Below are positions 1-9,142 of a stretch of DNA of 64,000 nucleotides, piece after piece (the first letter of the stretch is position 1; each line of letters opens with the position of its first letter). The notes below the pieces were generated by a model. That model saw nothing but the letters and a program-made list of their open reading frames with translations, did no database searches and was not told where the DNA came from. This DNA is from Oligosphaeraceae bacterium (GTDB taxonomy: Bacteria; Verrucomicrobiota; Lentisphaeria; Oligosphaerales; Oligosphaeraceae). The position numbers and the translations under genes are program-made. Where the stretch lies: NCBI GenBank assembly GCA_051884615.1, contig JBJEVT010000041.1:125898-189897 (forward strand). Direction: 5' to 3'.

Positions 1-348
1 CTGGGCAAGCTCTTCCCCCCCGCGGCGGACGCCCTTCCCCCCGTCCTCACCCCCGCCCTCCTCCTCTCCAGCTGCCTGCTGGCGCCCTGCGCCGAGGAAC
101 TCCTCTACCGGCGCCTTCTGCCGGACGCCCTGGCGGCCCGGGGATTTCCCCGGTTCGCCGGCCACCTCCTCTCCGCCCTTCTCTTCGCCCTCGCCCACGG
201 CAATCCCCGGGTCCTCCCCGGGCTCTTTCTTCTGGGCCTTGCCCTGGGCGCCCTCCGGGAGCGGGAGGACACCCTCCAGGCCATCCTGGTCCACGGGGGC
301 TTCAACGCCCTCACCCTCCTGACCCTCGCCCTCCTTCCCTCCCCCTGA
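1..348 (+). CDS. CPBP-family intramembrane glutamic endopeptidase (CAAX/Abi type), C-terminal part; 5' end lies outside the window
   Basis: Frame 1 is open from base 1 to TGA 346-348. The translation carries EELLYRR (EExxxR), FALAHG (FxxxH) and HGGFN (HxxxN) motifs in hydrophobic segments. It is absent from the ORF track because no start codon lies in the window. Confidence 0.75.
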   Translation: MGKLFPPAADALPPVLTPALLLSSCLLAPCAEELLYRRLLPDALAARGFPRFAGHLLSALLFALAHGNPRVLPGLFLLGLALGALREREDTLQAILVHGGFNALTLLTLALLPSP

Positions 349-373
349 CACCGCCTCCCCTCTCGCCACCGCC

Positions 374-1687
374 ATGCCAAACAACATCTATCTCACGGGA
401 TTCATGGGAAGCGGCAAAAGCCGCGTGGGGCGGGAATTGGCACGGATGCTGGGGCGTCCCCACCTGGACACCGACCAGCTCTTCCAGGAGACCCACGGGA
501 TTTCCCCGGGGGATTTCATCCGTCAGCAGGGGGAGGAGGCCTTCCGGCAAAAGGAGCAGGAGGTGCTGCGCCAGGTGGCGAAGGAGCGGGAGTTCGCCGT
601 CATCTCCACCGGAGGCGGCATCCCCGTCTATCCCGGCAACAGGGAGATCATGCGGGAAAGCGGCATCACCGCCACCCTCCAAATCTCCCTGGACGCCATC
701 GCCGCGCGGCTCTCCCCCCAGGAAAAGGCGCAAAGACCCCTCTGGGACGAGGAGCGCTTCCGCCAACGCCAGCCCTTCTACCAGGACTGCGAAATCCGGC
801 TGGACGCCGCCCGCACGCCCCGGGAGGTGGCGGAGGAGTTCCGCCAGAAGGCCCGGGAATTCCTCCAGGAGGCCCCCCGGCGCTGCGCCGCCTTCCAGAA
901 ACTCCTGCGCCAATGCGCCCGGGACTGCGCGCGCTTCGGGCTCCTCCAGCGCCAGGACAGAATCCTCCTGGGACTCTCCGGCGGGGAGGACAGCTTCCTC
1001 CTCCTGGAACTCCTCCACGCCATCGCCCGGAAGGCCCCCTTCCCCCTGGAGATCCTGGCCGCCACCATCCACGTGGGCTATCCCGGCTTCCAGGCGGAGC
1101 CCATCCGGCAATACTGCCAGGAACGGGGCTGGGAGTTCCATCTCCGGACGCCGGACCTCTATCCCCTCCTGTCCCCGGAGAAGGTGGGCGACAAGCCCTG
1201 CCCCCTGTGCTCCCGGCTCCGGAGAGGGCAGCTCCACCATCTCCTCCGGGAGCTGCGCTGCAACAAGCTGGCGCTGGGCCACCATCTGGACGACCTGTGC
1301 GTCAGCTTCCTCATGAGCCTCTTCCACGGCGCCGGCCTGAAGACCATGGGTCCCTGCGTGCCCGCGGACCAGGGGAGCGCCACCCTGATCCGTCCCCTCT
1401 GGGGCATTTCCAAGGCCCGGATCCGCCAGGCCGCCCGGCTCTTCCCCTTCCCGGAACCCCAGCCCTGCCCCTACGAGCCGATGCTGGAGGCCCAGGGGGA
1501 CCGGCATTTCCTGGAGCAGACCCTGGACCGCCTGGAAGACCACTTCCCCCATCTCCGGGAAGCCATGAAGAAATCCATGGGGGACCTGCGGCCCCGGCAC
1601 CTCCTGGATTCCCGCTTCCTGGAGACGCCCCCGCCCGGGGAGCCCGCCCCTCCGGAAGAGGGCGCAAATCCCCCTGACCCCCTTTAG
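374..1687 (+). CDS. Fusion protein: N-terminal shikimate kinase (AroK-like) plus C-terminal PP-loop ATPase of the TtcA / tRNA 2-thiocytidine type
   Basis: 437-aa ORF. The N-terminus is MPNNIYLTGFMGSGKS (Walker A), followed by DTD and STGGG motifs typical of shikimate kinase. From about residue 175 there is LLGLSGGEDS (SGGxDS PP-loop), a CPLCS CxxC pair and a later PCPY cysteine, as in TtcA Fe-S ligands. Confidence 0.8.
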   Translation: MPNNIYLTGFMGSGKSRVGRELARMLGRPHLDTDQLFQETHGISPGDFIRQQGEEAFRQKEQEVLRQVAKEREFAVISTGGGIPVYPGNREIMRESGITATLQISLDAIAARLSPQEKAQRPLWDEERFRQRQPFYQDCEIRLDAARTPREVAEEFRQKAREFLQEAPRRCAAFQKLLRQCARDCARFGLLQRQDRILLGLSGGEDSFLLLELLHAIARKAPFPLEILAATIHVGYPGFQAEPIRQYCQERGWEFHLRTPDLYPLLSPEKVGDKPCPLCSRLRRGQLHHLLRELRCNKLALGHHLDDLCVSFLMSLFHGAGLKTMGPCVPADQGSATLIRPLWGISKARIRQAARLFPFPEPQPCPYEPMLEAQGDRHFLEQTLDRLEDHFPHLREAMKKSMGDLRPRHLLDSRFLETPPPGEPAPPEEGANPPDPL

Positions 1688-1800
1688 GCGGGAAGCGGTA
1701 GGAATGCTACATTTTCCCCGTTTTCCGGCGGCCTCCCCCCACCCTGGAAACGCCCCCGGAACCCTCCTTTCCCCCAACCAAAACCGGTCCCCTTTTACAC

Positions 1801-4470
1801 ATGAGCGAAGAACCCCTTTCCAAAGCGTACTCCCCTGCGGAGGTCGAGGCCAAATGGTATGCGATCTGGGAGAAGCGGGGATATTTCCACGGCAGCGTGG
1901 ACAGTCCCAGGAAGCCCTACACCATCGTCATCCCGCCGCCCAACGTCACGGGCATCCTCACCCTGGGGCACGTCCTGAACAACACCCTGCAGGACATTCT
2001 GATCCGCTTTGAGAAGATGCGAGGCCGGGAGACCTGCTGGGTGCCCGGCATGGACCATGCGGGCATCGCCACCCAGGCGAAGGTGGAGGCCTTCCTGAAG
2101 AAGGAGAAGGGGCTCACCCGGTACGACCTGGGGCGGGAGAAGTTCCTGGACGAGGTCTGGAAATGGAAGGAGCAGTATGGCGGGAAGATCATCCGCCAGC
2201 TGCGCACCATCGGCACCGCCTGCGACTGGCCCCGGGAGCGCTTCACCTTCGACGAAGGGCTCTCCAACGCCGTCCAGGAGGTCTTCATCCGCCTCTACCA
2301 GGACGGCCTGATCTACAAGGGCCACCGGATCATCAACTGGTGCCCCAAGAGCCGCACCGCCCTCTCCGACGAGGAAGTGATCTACCGCCAGGAATCCGGC
2401 CATCTCTGGCACATCCGCTATCCCTTCGCCGACGGCTCCGGGGAGGTGGTGGTGGCCACCACCCGCCCGGAGACCCTCATGGGCGACACCGCCGTGGCCG
2501 TCAACCCCGGCGACGAGCGCTACCAGGGGCTGGTGGGCAAGATGCTGGTCCTCCCCATCGTCAACCGCCAGATCCCCCTCATCGCCGACGACTATGTGGA
2601 AAAGGAATTCGGGACCGGCGCCGTGAAGATCACCCCCGCCCACGACCCCAACGACTATGAAGTGGGCCTCCGGCACCATCTGGAGATGCCCAACATCATG
2701 AACGACGACGGCACCCTCAACGAGAATGCCGGCGCCGAGTTCGCCGGGCTGGACCGTTCCGTCGCCCGGAAGCTGGTGGTGCAGAAGCTGGAGGAGGCCG
2801 GGCTTCTGGTGAAGACCGAGGACTATGTCCACCAGGTGGGCTATTCCGAGCGCGGCGGCGTGCCGGTGGAGCCCCGTCTTTCCGAGCAGTGGTTCGTCCG
2901 CATGGAGCCCCTGGCCAAGCCCGCCATCGAGGCCGTCACCAGCGGGCGCATCCGCTTCCATCCGGAGCGCTGGGTCAAGACCTATCTCCACTGGATGGAG
3001 AACATCAAGGACTGGTGCATCTCCCGCCAGCTGTGGTGGGGCCACCGCATCCCCGCCTACTACTGCAAGAAGTGCGGCAAGGTCTTCGTGGGCAAGGCCG
3101 CCCCGGAGAAGTGCCCCTGCGGCTGCACCGAATTCCGGCAGGACGAGGATGTGCTGGACACCTGGTTCAGCTCCTGGCTGTGGCCCTTCTCCGTCTTCTC
3201 CTGGCCCCAGGAGACCCCGGAGCTGAAGCACTTCTATCCCACCGACACCCTGGTCACCGGGCCCGACATCATCTTCTTCTGGGTCGCCCGCATGATCATG
3301 AGCGGACTGCGCTTCATGGGCGAAGTCCCCTTCAAGGACGTCTACTTCACCTCCATCATCCGGGACGACAAGGGGCGCAAGCTCTCCAAGAGCCTGAACA
3401 ACTCCCCCGACCCCCTGGACGTGGTGGCCACCTACGGAGCGGACGCCCTCCGCTTCACCATCATCTACATCGCCCCCATGGGGCAGGACATCCGGTACGA
3501 CAACAAGAAGTGCGAGATCGGCCGCAACTTCGCCAACAAGCTGTGGAACGTGGTGCGCTTCCGGCTGCAGCACGGCCCCGCCTCCCCGGACTGGCAGGAC
3601 CTCTCCGGCCTGAAGCGGGAGGAGCTGCGCCCCGACGACCAGTGGATCCTGGCGCGCCTCAACTCCATCGTCCGCACCATGACCCGGGATTTGGACACCT
3701 TCGATTTCAACGACGCCACCAAGGCCATCTACGACTTCGTGTGGAACGAGTTCTGCAGCTGGTATCTGGAGAGCGCCAAACCCGCCCTCTCCTCTCCCGC
3801 CGGCACCACCTGCGCCACCCTGAAGGTCTTCGACTACTGCCTGGGCACCTTCCTGAAGCTCCTCCATCCCATCATGCCCTTCGTCACCGACGAGCTCTAC
3901 CACCAGATGGGCTTCTGCGGCGAGGAGGATTCCATCATGCTTCAGGCCTGGCCCCTGCCGGTGGAGGCTGACCGCATGGAGGCATGGGGCGCCACCGAGG
4001 AGGTGGAGCGGCTCAACGCCGCCAAGTACGACCTGGTGCGCTCCGTCCGGAATCTCCGCGCCAACTACCAGATCTCCACCACCCTGCCCCTGGACGTGGT
4101 GGTGACCCCCGCCGGAGAGGACGCCCGGCGCTTCCTGGATCTGGACCGGGAGGCCCTTGCCGCCCTGCTGAACGCCAAGACCCTGACCCTGGGCGCCAAG
4201 CCCGCCGGCCCCGCCGGCGTCGCCCTCTCCGCCATGGGCACCGCCTTCGTCCCCCTGGAGGGGCTGGTGGATCTGGAGGCGGAGAAGAAGCGTCTGGAGA
4301 AGCAGTCAGAGGAGGCGGCGAAGTACATCGCCACCCTGGAGAAGAAGCTCTCCAACCAGGGCTATGTGCAGCATGCGCCCGCCGCCGCCGTGGAGGCGGA
4401 CCGCACCCATCTGGCGGAGACCCGGGACAAGCTGGCGCGCATCAAGGAGCAGCTGGGGGAGCTGCAGTAG
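1801..4470 (+). CDS. valS: Valine--tRNA ligase
   Basis: 889-aa ORF with class I aaRS motifs (PPPNVTGILTLGHV = HIGH region, KLSKSLNN = KMSKS), a ValRS-like editing domain and a C-terminal coiled coil. Confidence 0.97.
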   Translation: MSEEPLSKAYSPAEVEAKWYAIWEKRGYFHGSVDSPRKPYTIVIPPPNVTGILTLGHVLNNTLQDILIRFEKMRGRETCWVPGMDHAGIATQAKVEAFLKKEKGLTRYDLGREKFLDEVWKWKEQYGGKIIRQLRTIGTACDWPRERFTFDEGLSNAVQEVFIRLYQDGLIYKGHRIINWCPKSRTALSDEEVIYRQESGHLWHIRYPFADGSGEVVVATTRPETLMGDTAVAVNPGDERYQGLVGKMLVLPIVNRQIPLIADDYVEKEFGTGAVKITPAHDPNDYEVGLRHHLEMPNIMNDDGTLNENAGAEFAGLDRSVARKLVVQKLEEAGLLVKTEDYVHQVGYSERGGVPVEPRLSEQWFVRMEPLAKPAIEAVTSGRIRFHPERWVKTYLHWMENIKDWCISRQLWWGHRIPAYYCKKCGKVFVGKAAPEKCPCGCTEFRQDEDVLDTWFSSWLWPFSVFSWPQETPELKHFYPTDTLVTGPDIIFFWVARMIMSGLRFMGEVPFKDVYFTSIIRDDKGRKLSKSLNNSPDPLDVVATYGADALRFTIIYIAPMGQDIRYDNKKCEIGRNFANKLWNVVRFRLQHGPASPDWQDLSGLKREELRPDDQWILARLNSIVRTMTRDLDTFDFNDATKAIYDFVWNEFCSWYLESAKPALSSPAGTTCATLKVFDYCLGTFLKLLHPIMPFVTDELYHQMGFCGEEDSIMLQAWPLPVEADRMEAWGATEEVERLNAAKYDLVRSVRNLRANYQISTTLPLDVVVTPAGEDARRFLDLDREALAALLNAKTLTLGAKPAGPAGVALSAMGTAFVPLEGLVDLEAEKKRLEKQSEEAAKYIATLEKKLSNQGYVQHAPAAAVEADRTHLAETRDKLARIKEQLGELQ

Positions 4471-4609
4471 CCTTCCGACCCCATCCCCGGGGAAACCCAG
4501 GGGAGGGAGAGGCTCTTTCCTCCCCTCCCTGGCTCCCCGCCCATCCCACCGGCACTCCCCTTCCCGGTCTGGAGAAGACGGATGCCCCTAACGACAGGAG
4601 TTTAGAACC

Positions 4610-4846
4610 ATGACCAAAGAACAGGAAACCCAAGTGAAGGAAGTGCTGGAATCCCTCCGCTCCAATCTGCAGGCGGATGGCGGCGACGTGGAGCTGGTGA
4701 GCATCCAGGACAACCAGGTCGTGGTGCGTCTTCTGGGGCATTGCTCCGGCTGTCCCTACCGCCGTCAGACCCTGAAGGGCGGCATCGAGCGCATCCTCCG
4801 GGAGAAGGTCTCCCAGGACATCACCGTGGAGAGCGAAAACCAGTAG
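4610..4846 (+). CDS. NifU-like (Nfu-type) Fe-S cluster assembly/carrier domain protein
   Basis: 78-aa ORF with ...LQADGGDVELV...LLGHCSGCPYRRQTLKGGIERILREK, the NifU C-terminal domain CxxC signature. An SD-like AGGAG lies 9 nt upstream. Confidence 0.85.
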   Translation: MTKEQETQVKEVLESLRSNLQADGGDVELVSIQDNQVVVRLLGHCSGCPYRRQTLKGGIERILREKVSQDITVESENQ

Positions 4847-4924
4847 AGTCCGCGCCCCCGGTCCCCGGCTCCCTCGTCCCGCCCCGTGGTGGCGCGTCCA
4901 GGGAGCGGGGCCGGTGTTCCCCCC

Positions 4925-6784
4925 ATGTCTTCCCCCGCCCGCGAAAAGAATCTCACCCGCGCCCAGGGCTTCGCCTTGACGGCGTGTCTGCTTTCGCTGG
5001 CACTGCATCTCCTGCTTTTCCAGCTGGCCGCCCGTCTTCCCCTCTCCGGCACCGTGGCCGACTCCCTCCGGGACAAGCAGCGGAGCCCGCGGGACTACGC
5101 CAAGATCCGGCTCCAGCCCCCGCCCCAGGAGCCCGCCCCCGTCCCGGAGGGCTGGCTGGACGCCTCGGAGATGGAAATCCCCGAGTTCCAGAATCTGGCG
5201 GGAGAGCCGGAGGACCTCCTTCCCTCCCTCCAGGAGCAAAGCGACAAGGTGCGCTCCATCCTGGATGACTATGCCTTGAAGGAGCCCCCGGTGGAGCTGT
5301 TCCAGCTGCAGCCCGCGCCCCTGGCCCCCGCGGACCTGCCCGCCGCCCCCCAGGCCATCGCCTTCCCCCTGGAGGGCCTCCAGGTGACCGCCCCCAGCCC
5401 GGAGATCCTCGCCGTTTCCGAGGAGGATCTCGCCCCGGAGCGCCTGGAAGACTCCCGGCGTCCCTTCCTGCCGGACTGGGATCGGGAGTTCGTGCCCCCG
5501 GACGTCGCCCTGCCCAGCCTGGCGAATCCCGGGGCGCTGGCGGGGCCTCCTCCGGCGGCCGTCGCCTCCCAGCTCTCCCTGCAGAGCATGCGTCCCTCCT
5601 TCTCCCTCTCCGACCAGGAGCTGGAGGCCCTGCTGGGCGCGGAGGGGGCGGTCGCCGCCCAGGCCGCCCCGCTCCAGGGGGATCTGCCCGGGCTGGACGC
5701 CGGCGGGGCCCTGTCCACCTCCGTGGGCGCCGTCGCCGGGGAGCTTCCCCTGCCCCTGGACGAATATGTCTCCGTCCAGGTCTACACCTATCCCGACCCG
5801 GCGGGGAGCGGGGGCACCTTCCTGGTGGAGATCCGTCCGGGTCCCAAGAGCGAGAGCCTGGACGACATTCCCAAGGACGTCCTCTTCCTGCTGGACCGCT
5901 CCTCCAGCATCTCCCTGCCCAAATTCCAGCAGTTCCGGAAATCCGTCCTGGAGGTGCTGCCCGCCCTTTCGCCCCGGGACCGCTTCAACGTGGTGGCCTT
6001 CAACGACCGCCAGAGCGCCGTCTTCCGGGAATATGTGCCCGCCAGCCGGGAGAATCTGGCCACGGCGGCGGAGAAGCTGCGCCAGCTTCCCCACGGCGGG
6101 CGCACGGACGTCTTCGGCGGGGTGGCGCCCTTTGTGCGGCAGGCCAACGGGGATCTCCGGCGTCCCCTGAACATCTTTCTCCTCACCGACGGGCAGTCCA
6201 CGGTGAACATCTACGAGCCCAGCCTCTTCCTGCGCCAGATCAGCGGCATCAACCCGGGCAACGTCTCCATCTTCCCCTTCAGCGCCGAGCGGAAGGCCAA
6301 CCGGATGCTCCTGGATTTCCTGGGCTATCTCAACCGGGGGGAGAAGTGCCATGTGGAGACCACGGAGGAGATCCGGGACGCCATGGTGCGCTTCTATTCC
6401 CAGCACGCCAGCCTGATCATCACGGCGCTGCGCTGCGCCGCCACCAGCGGAGCGGACGTCAACGAGATCTTCCCCCGCTCCCTCCCCAATCTCTACCGCG
6501 ACCAGACCCTCCGGCTCTTCGGACGCTATCGCTCCCTGGAGGACAATCTGGTGCTCTCCCTCACCGGACGGGACGCCCAGGGAAAGCCCCGGGACCTCCT
6601 CTTCCGACGCCCCCTGGCGCAGTGCCCCCGGGGACAGGACACCCTGCCCGCCCAGTGGGCCGCCCAGAAAATCCTCTTCCTCCTCTCCCGCATGAATCTC
6701 TCGGAGAACCCCGCCGAACAGGAGAGCCTCCGGGAGCGCATCGAGACCCTGAAGAAGCAATACGGCATCCTTTCCCCCTACTGA
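4925..6784 (+). CDS. Membrane-anchored von Willebrand factor A (VWA) domain protein
   Basis: The N-terminal TM helix is ALTACLLSLALHLLLFQLAA, followed by a Pro-rich linker. The VWA MIDAS motif is VLFLLDRSSSIS (DxSxS), followed by GGRTD and LLTDGQST. I start at ATG 4925, in frame with the GTG 4886 given by the track. Confidence 0.8.
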   Translation: MSSPAREKNLTRAQGFALTACLLSLALHLLLFQLAARLPLSGTVADSLRDKQRSPRDYAKIRLQPPPQEPAPVPEGWLDASEMEIPEFQNLAGEPEDLLPSLQEQSDKVRSILDDYALKEPPVELFQLQPAPLAPADLPAAPQAIAFPLEGLQVTAPSPEILAVSEEDLAPERLEDSRRPFLPDWDREFVPPDVALPSLANPGALAGPPPAAVASQLSLQSMRPSFSLSDQELEALLGAEGAVAAQAAPLQGDLPGLDAGGALSTSVGAVAGELPLPLDEYVSVQVYTYPDPAGSGGTFLVEIRPGPKSESLDDIPKDVLFLLDRSSSISLPKFQQFRKSVLEVLPALSPRDRFNVVAFNDRQSAVFREYVPASRENLATAAEKLRQLPHGGRTDVFGGVAPFVRQANGDLRRPLNIFLLTDGQSTVNIYEPSLFLRQISGINPGNVSIFPFSAERKANRMLLDFLGYLNRGEKCHVETTEEIRDAMVRFYSQHASLIITALRCAATSGADVNEIFPRSLPNLYRDQTLRLFGRYRSLEDNLVLSLTGRDAQGKPRDLLFRRPLAQCPRGQDTLPAQWAAQKILFLLSRMNLSENPAEQESLRERIETLKKQYGILSPY

Positions 6785-6804
6785 ACCCCCCATAGATTCC
6801 CCCT

Positions 6805-7416
6805 ATGAACGCCCCCACCATCGTGGCCATGGACCTGGAAGGGGTCCTGGTTCCTGAAATCTGGATCGCCTTCGCCGAAAAGACCGGCATCCCCGAACTG
6901 AGACTCACCACCCGGGATGTGGCGGACTACGACGAGCTGATGCGCCACCGTCTGGCCATCCTCAAGCAGCACGACCTGCGGCTGAAGGACATCCAGGAAG
7001 TCATCTCCCGGATGGCCCCCCTGCCCGGCGCCGTGGAGTACATGCAGTGGCTCGCCCCCAAACTCCCCAACGTCATCCTCTCCGACACCTTCTACCAGTT
7101 CGCCACCCCCCTGATGCGGCAGCTGAACTACCCCACCCTCATCTGCAACAGCCTGGAGGTGGACGCCGAGGGACGGGTCACCGGATACAAGCTACGCCAG
7201 AGCAACGGCAAGCGCCATGCCGCCCTGGCCTTCAAGCAGCTGAACCTCAAGGTGATCGCCATGGGCGACTCCTTCAACGACACCGCCATGCTCAAGGAGG
7301 CGGATCTGGGCATCCTCTTCCGCCCCTCCGACAAGGTGCGCCAGCAGTTCCCCCAGTTCCCCGTGGTCACGGAATACGCCCAGGTGCAGCAGCTCATCGA
7401 GAATTTCCTGGCCTGA
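6805..7416 (+). CDS. thrH: Phosphoserine phosphatase / homoserine phosphotransferase ThrH-type HAD hydrolase
   Basis: MDLEGVLVPEIWIAFAEKTGI...ILSDTFYQFATPLMRQLNYPTLICNSLEVD...GYKLRQ...AMGDSFNDTAML closely follows my recollection of Pseudomonas ThrH. The true start may be the internal Met at MDLEG. Confidence 0.85.
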   Translation: MNAPTIVAMDLEGVLVPEIWIAFAEKTGIPELRLTTRDVADYDELMRHRLAILKQHDLRLKDIQEVISRMAPLPGAVEYMQWLAPKLPNVILSDTFYQFATPLMRQLNYPTLICNSLEVDAEGRVTGYKLRQSNGKRHAALAFKQLNLKVIAMGDSFNDTAMLKEADLGILFRPSDKVRQQFPQFPVVTEYAQVQQLIENFLA

Positions 7417-7456
7417 TCCCCCGCTCCCGCACCCCACATAACATCACCCCGCGGTC

Positions 7457-9013
7457 ATGAAAATCGAGAATCTCCGACTCAATCTCACAGAATACCGGGA
7501 CAAGGTCTACGGTTGCTGGCTGGGCAAGAACATCGGCGGCACCCTGGGCGCCCCCTTCGAGGGACAGAGAGTCACCAACGACTGCACCTTCTACACCCAG
7601 GATCTGAAGGGCGACCCCCTCCCCAACGACGACCTGGATCTCCAGCTGATCTGGCTCTGCATGGCGGAACGGCACGGCCTCCTGAACCTCAACTCCAGAC
7701 TCTTCGGCGACTACTGGGCGTCCCACATCATCGGCCCCTGGAACGAATACTCCGTGGCCCACCACAATGTGCGAAACGGCTTCTATCCCCCCATCTCCGG
7801 CGCCCTCAACAACGACCCCTGGAAATTCTCCAACGGCGCCTGGATCCGCTCCGAAATCTGGGCCTGCCTCTTCCCCGGCAACCCGGACCAGGCCATCCGC
7901 TTCGCCTACCTGGACTCCAGCTGCGACCACTGCGGAGAGGGCATCTACGCCGAAATGTACACCGCCGCCCTGGAATCCGCGGCCTTCGTGGTGAAGGATC
8001 TCCGGAAGCTCATCTCCATCGGCCTCTCCAAGGTCCCCGAAGACAGCAGGGTGGCAAAATACGTCAAGATGGTCTGCGACGCCTATGACAAGGGCGAGGA
8101 CTGGCTCACCGCCCGCAACCGGGTGGTGGAGGACAACAACAAGGATCTGAAGTGGTTCCAGGCTCCCGCCAACGTGGCCTTCGCCACCCTGGGCCTCCTC
8201 TATGGAGAGGGAGACTTCGGCAAGACCATCTGCCGCGCCGTGAACTGCGGCGACGACACGGACTGCACCGGCGCCACCGCCGGCGCCGTCATGGGCATCA
8301 TGTACGGCCGCCAGGGCATCCCCGCCCAATGGCTGGATCCCATCGGCGAGAAAATCCTCACCTGCGCCATCAACCGCTTCGGCCTGATGACCATGCCCCC
8401 CGCCTCCATCCGGGAACTCACCAACCGCACCGTGCGCCTGGCCTGCGAGACCGCCGCCAGCGACCCCGATTTCGTCCCCCTCTCCTCCGAGCCCAGCCGG
8501 ATTCCGGAGAAGGTGGAGGAGGCCCTCATGGACGCCACCCAGGCAAAGGCCATCTGGGCCAGAAACCCCTTCCAGATGGACTACTACCTGACCAATGTGG
8601 CCGTGCGGGTCATCTACGAGAACCCCCAGGTGGAGCCGGGCAAGCCCACCAAGGTGCGCATCGAGGTCCGCAATCCCCTCATCTCCGAGGGCGTCTACAA
8701 CCTCCGCTGGATTCTTCCCGAGGGCTGGAGCGTGGACAAGACCGAGGGGCGCACCTGCTCCAAGAACTACTTTTACGGCTGGCAGGAGTTCGTCCTCACC
8801 CCGGGCCCCTTCCAGGAGGCGGTGACCTACGTCACCCTGGATGTGCGCCTCCACGACCGCTTCTTCCCCAACTACCTCAGCATCCCCTTCCAGCTGAAGG
8901 GCTCCGTGGAATATCCCAAGAGCTACGAGGAGACGGATTGCGAGGAGTTCGAGGAGCAGGCCTTCCGCCTTCGCCGGGCGCTGAAACAGCTGGACAAGAA
9001 CTCCCCCGCCTAG
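7457..9013 (+). CDS. ADP-ribosylglycohydrolase family protein with an extra C-terminal domain of about 190 aa
   Basis: GCWLGKNIGGTLGAPFEG near the N-terminus and NCGDDTDCTGATAGAVMG are typical ARH/DraG-fold metal-binding motifs. The C-terminal third is beta-rich and has no motif I recognise. Confidence 0.85.
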   Translation: MKIENLRLNLTEYRDKVYGCWLGKNIGGTLGAPFEGQRVTNDCTFYTQDLKGDPLPNDDLDLQLIWLCMAERHGLLNLNSRLFGDYWASHIIGPWNEYSVAHHNVRNGFYPPISGALNNDPWKFSNGAWIRSEIWACLFPGNPDQAIRFAYLDSSCDHCGEGIYAEMYTAALESAAFVVKDLRKLISIGLSKVPEDSRVAKYVKMVCDAYDKGEDWLTARNRVVEDNNKDLKWFQAPANVAFATLGLLYGEGDFGKTICRAVNCGDDTDCTGATAGAVMGIMYGRQGIPAQWLDPIGEKILTCAINRFGLMTMPPASIRELTNRTVRLACETAASDPDFVPLSSEPSRIPEKVEEALMDATQAKAIWARNPFQMDYYLTNVAVRVIYENPQVEPGKPTKVRIEVRNPLISEGVYNLRWILPEGWSVDKTEGRTCSKNYFYGWQEFVLTPGPFQEAVTYVTLDVRLHDRFFPNYLSIPFQLKGSVEYPKSYEETDCEEFEEQAFRLRRALKQLDKNSPA

Positions 9014-9142
9014 CTCCGGCCCGTCCCGGCTCTTCTCCTCCCCCTCCCTCTCTCCGGCCGGGCGGACTCCCGGGAGGGGCGAAGGGAGGGCGTCTCCCGC
9101 CAATCCGGAAGCGCCCTCCCCCCTCTTCTCCATCCCTGCGGA

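Noticed and set aside
311-1777. Long antisense or alternative-frame ORFs throughout the track. Examples: 311-1777(-), 1795-3903(-), 4442-6793(-), 7394-10426(-), 10288-12345(-), 12084-13619(-), 15363-17498(+), 17499-19808(+), 24228-27980(-), 28028-30667(-), 31929-33944(-), 36201-38798(-), 44180-48745(-), 54853-57516(+), 58470-61946(+), 62265-63671(-).
   Set aside because: Each lies opposite or out of frame to a gene with clear family motifs. Their translations are Gly/Pro/Arg/Ala-rich low-complexity strings, as expected from stop-codon depletion in high-G+C DNA. None shows a recognisable motif.
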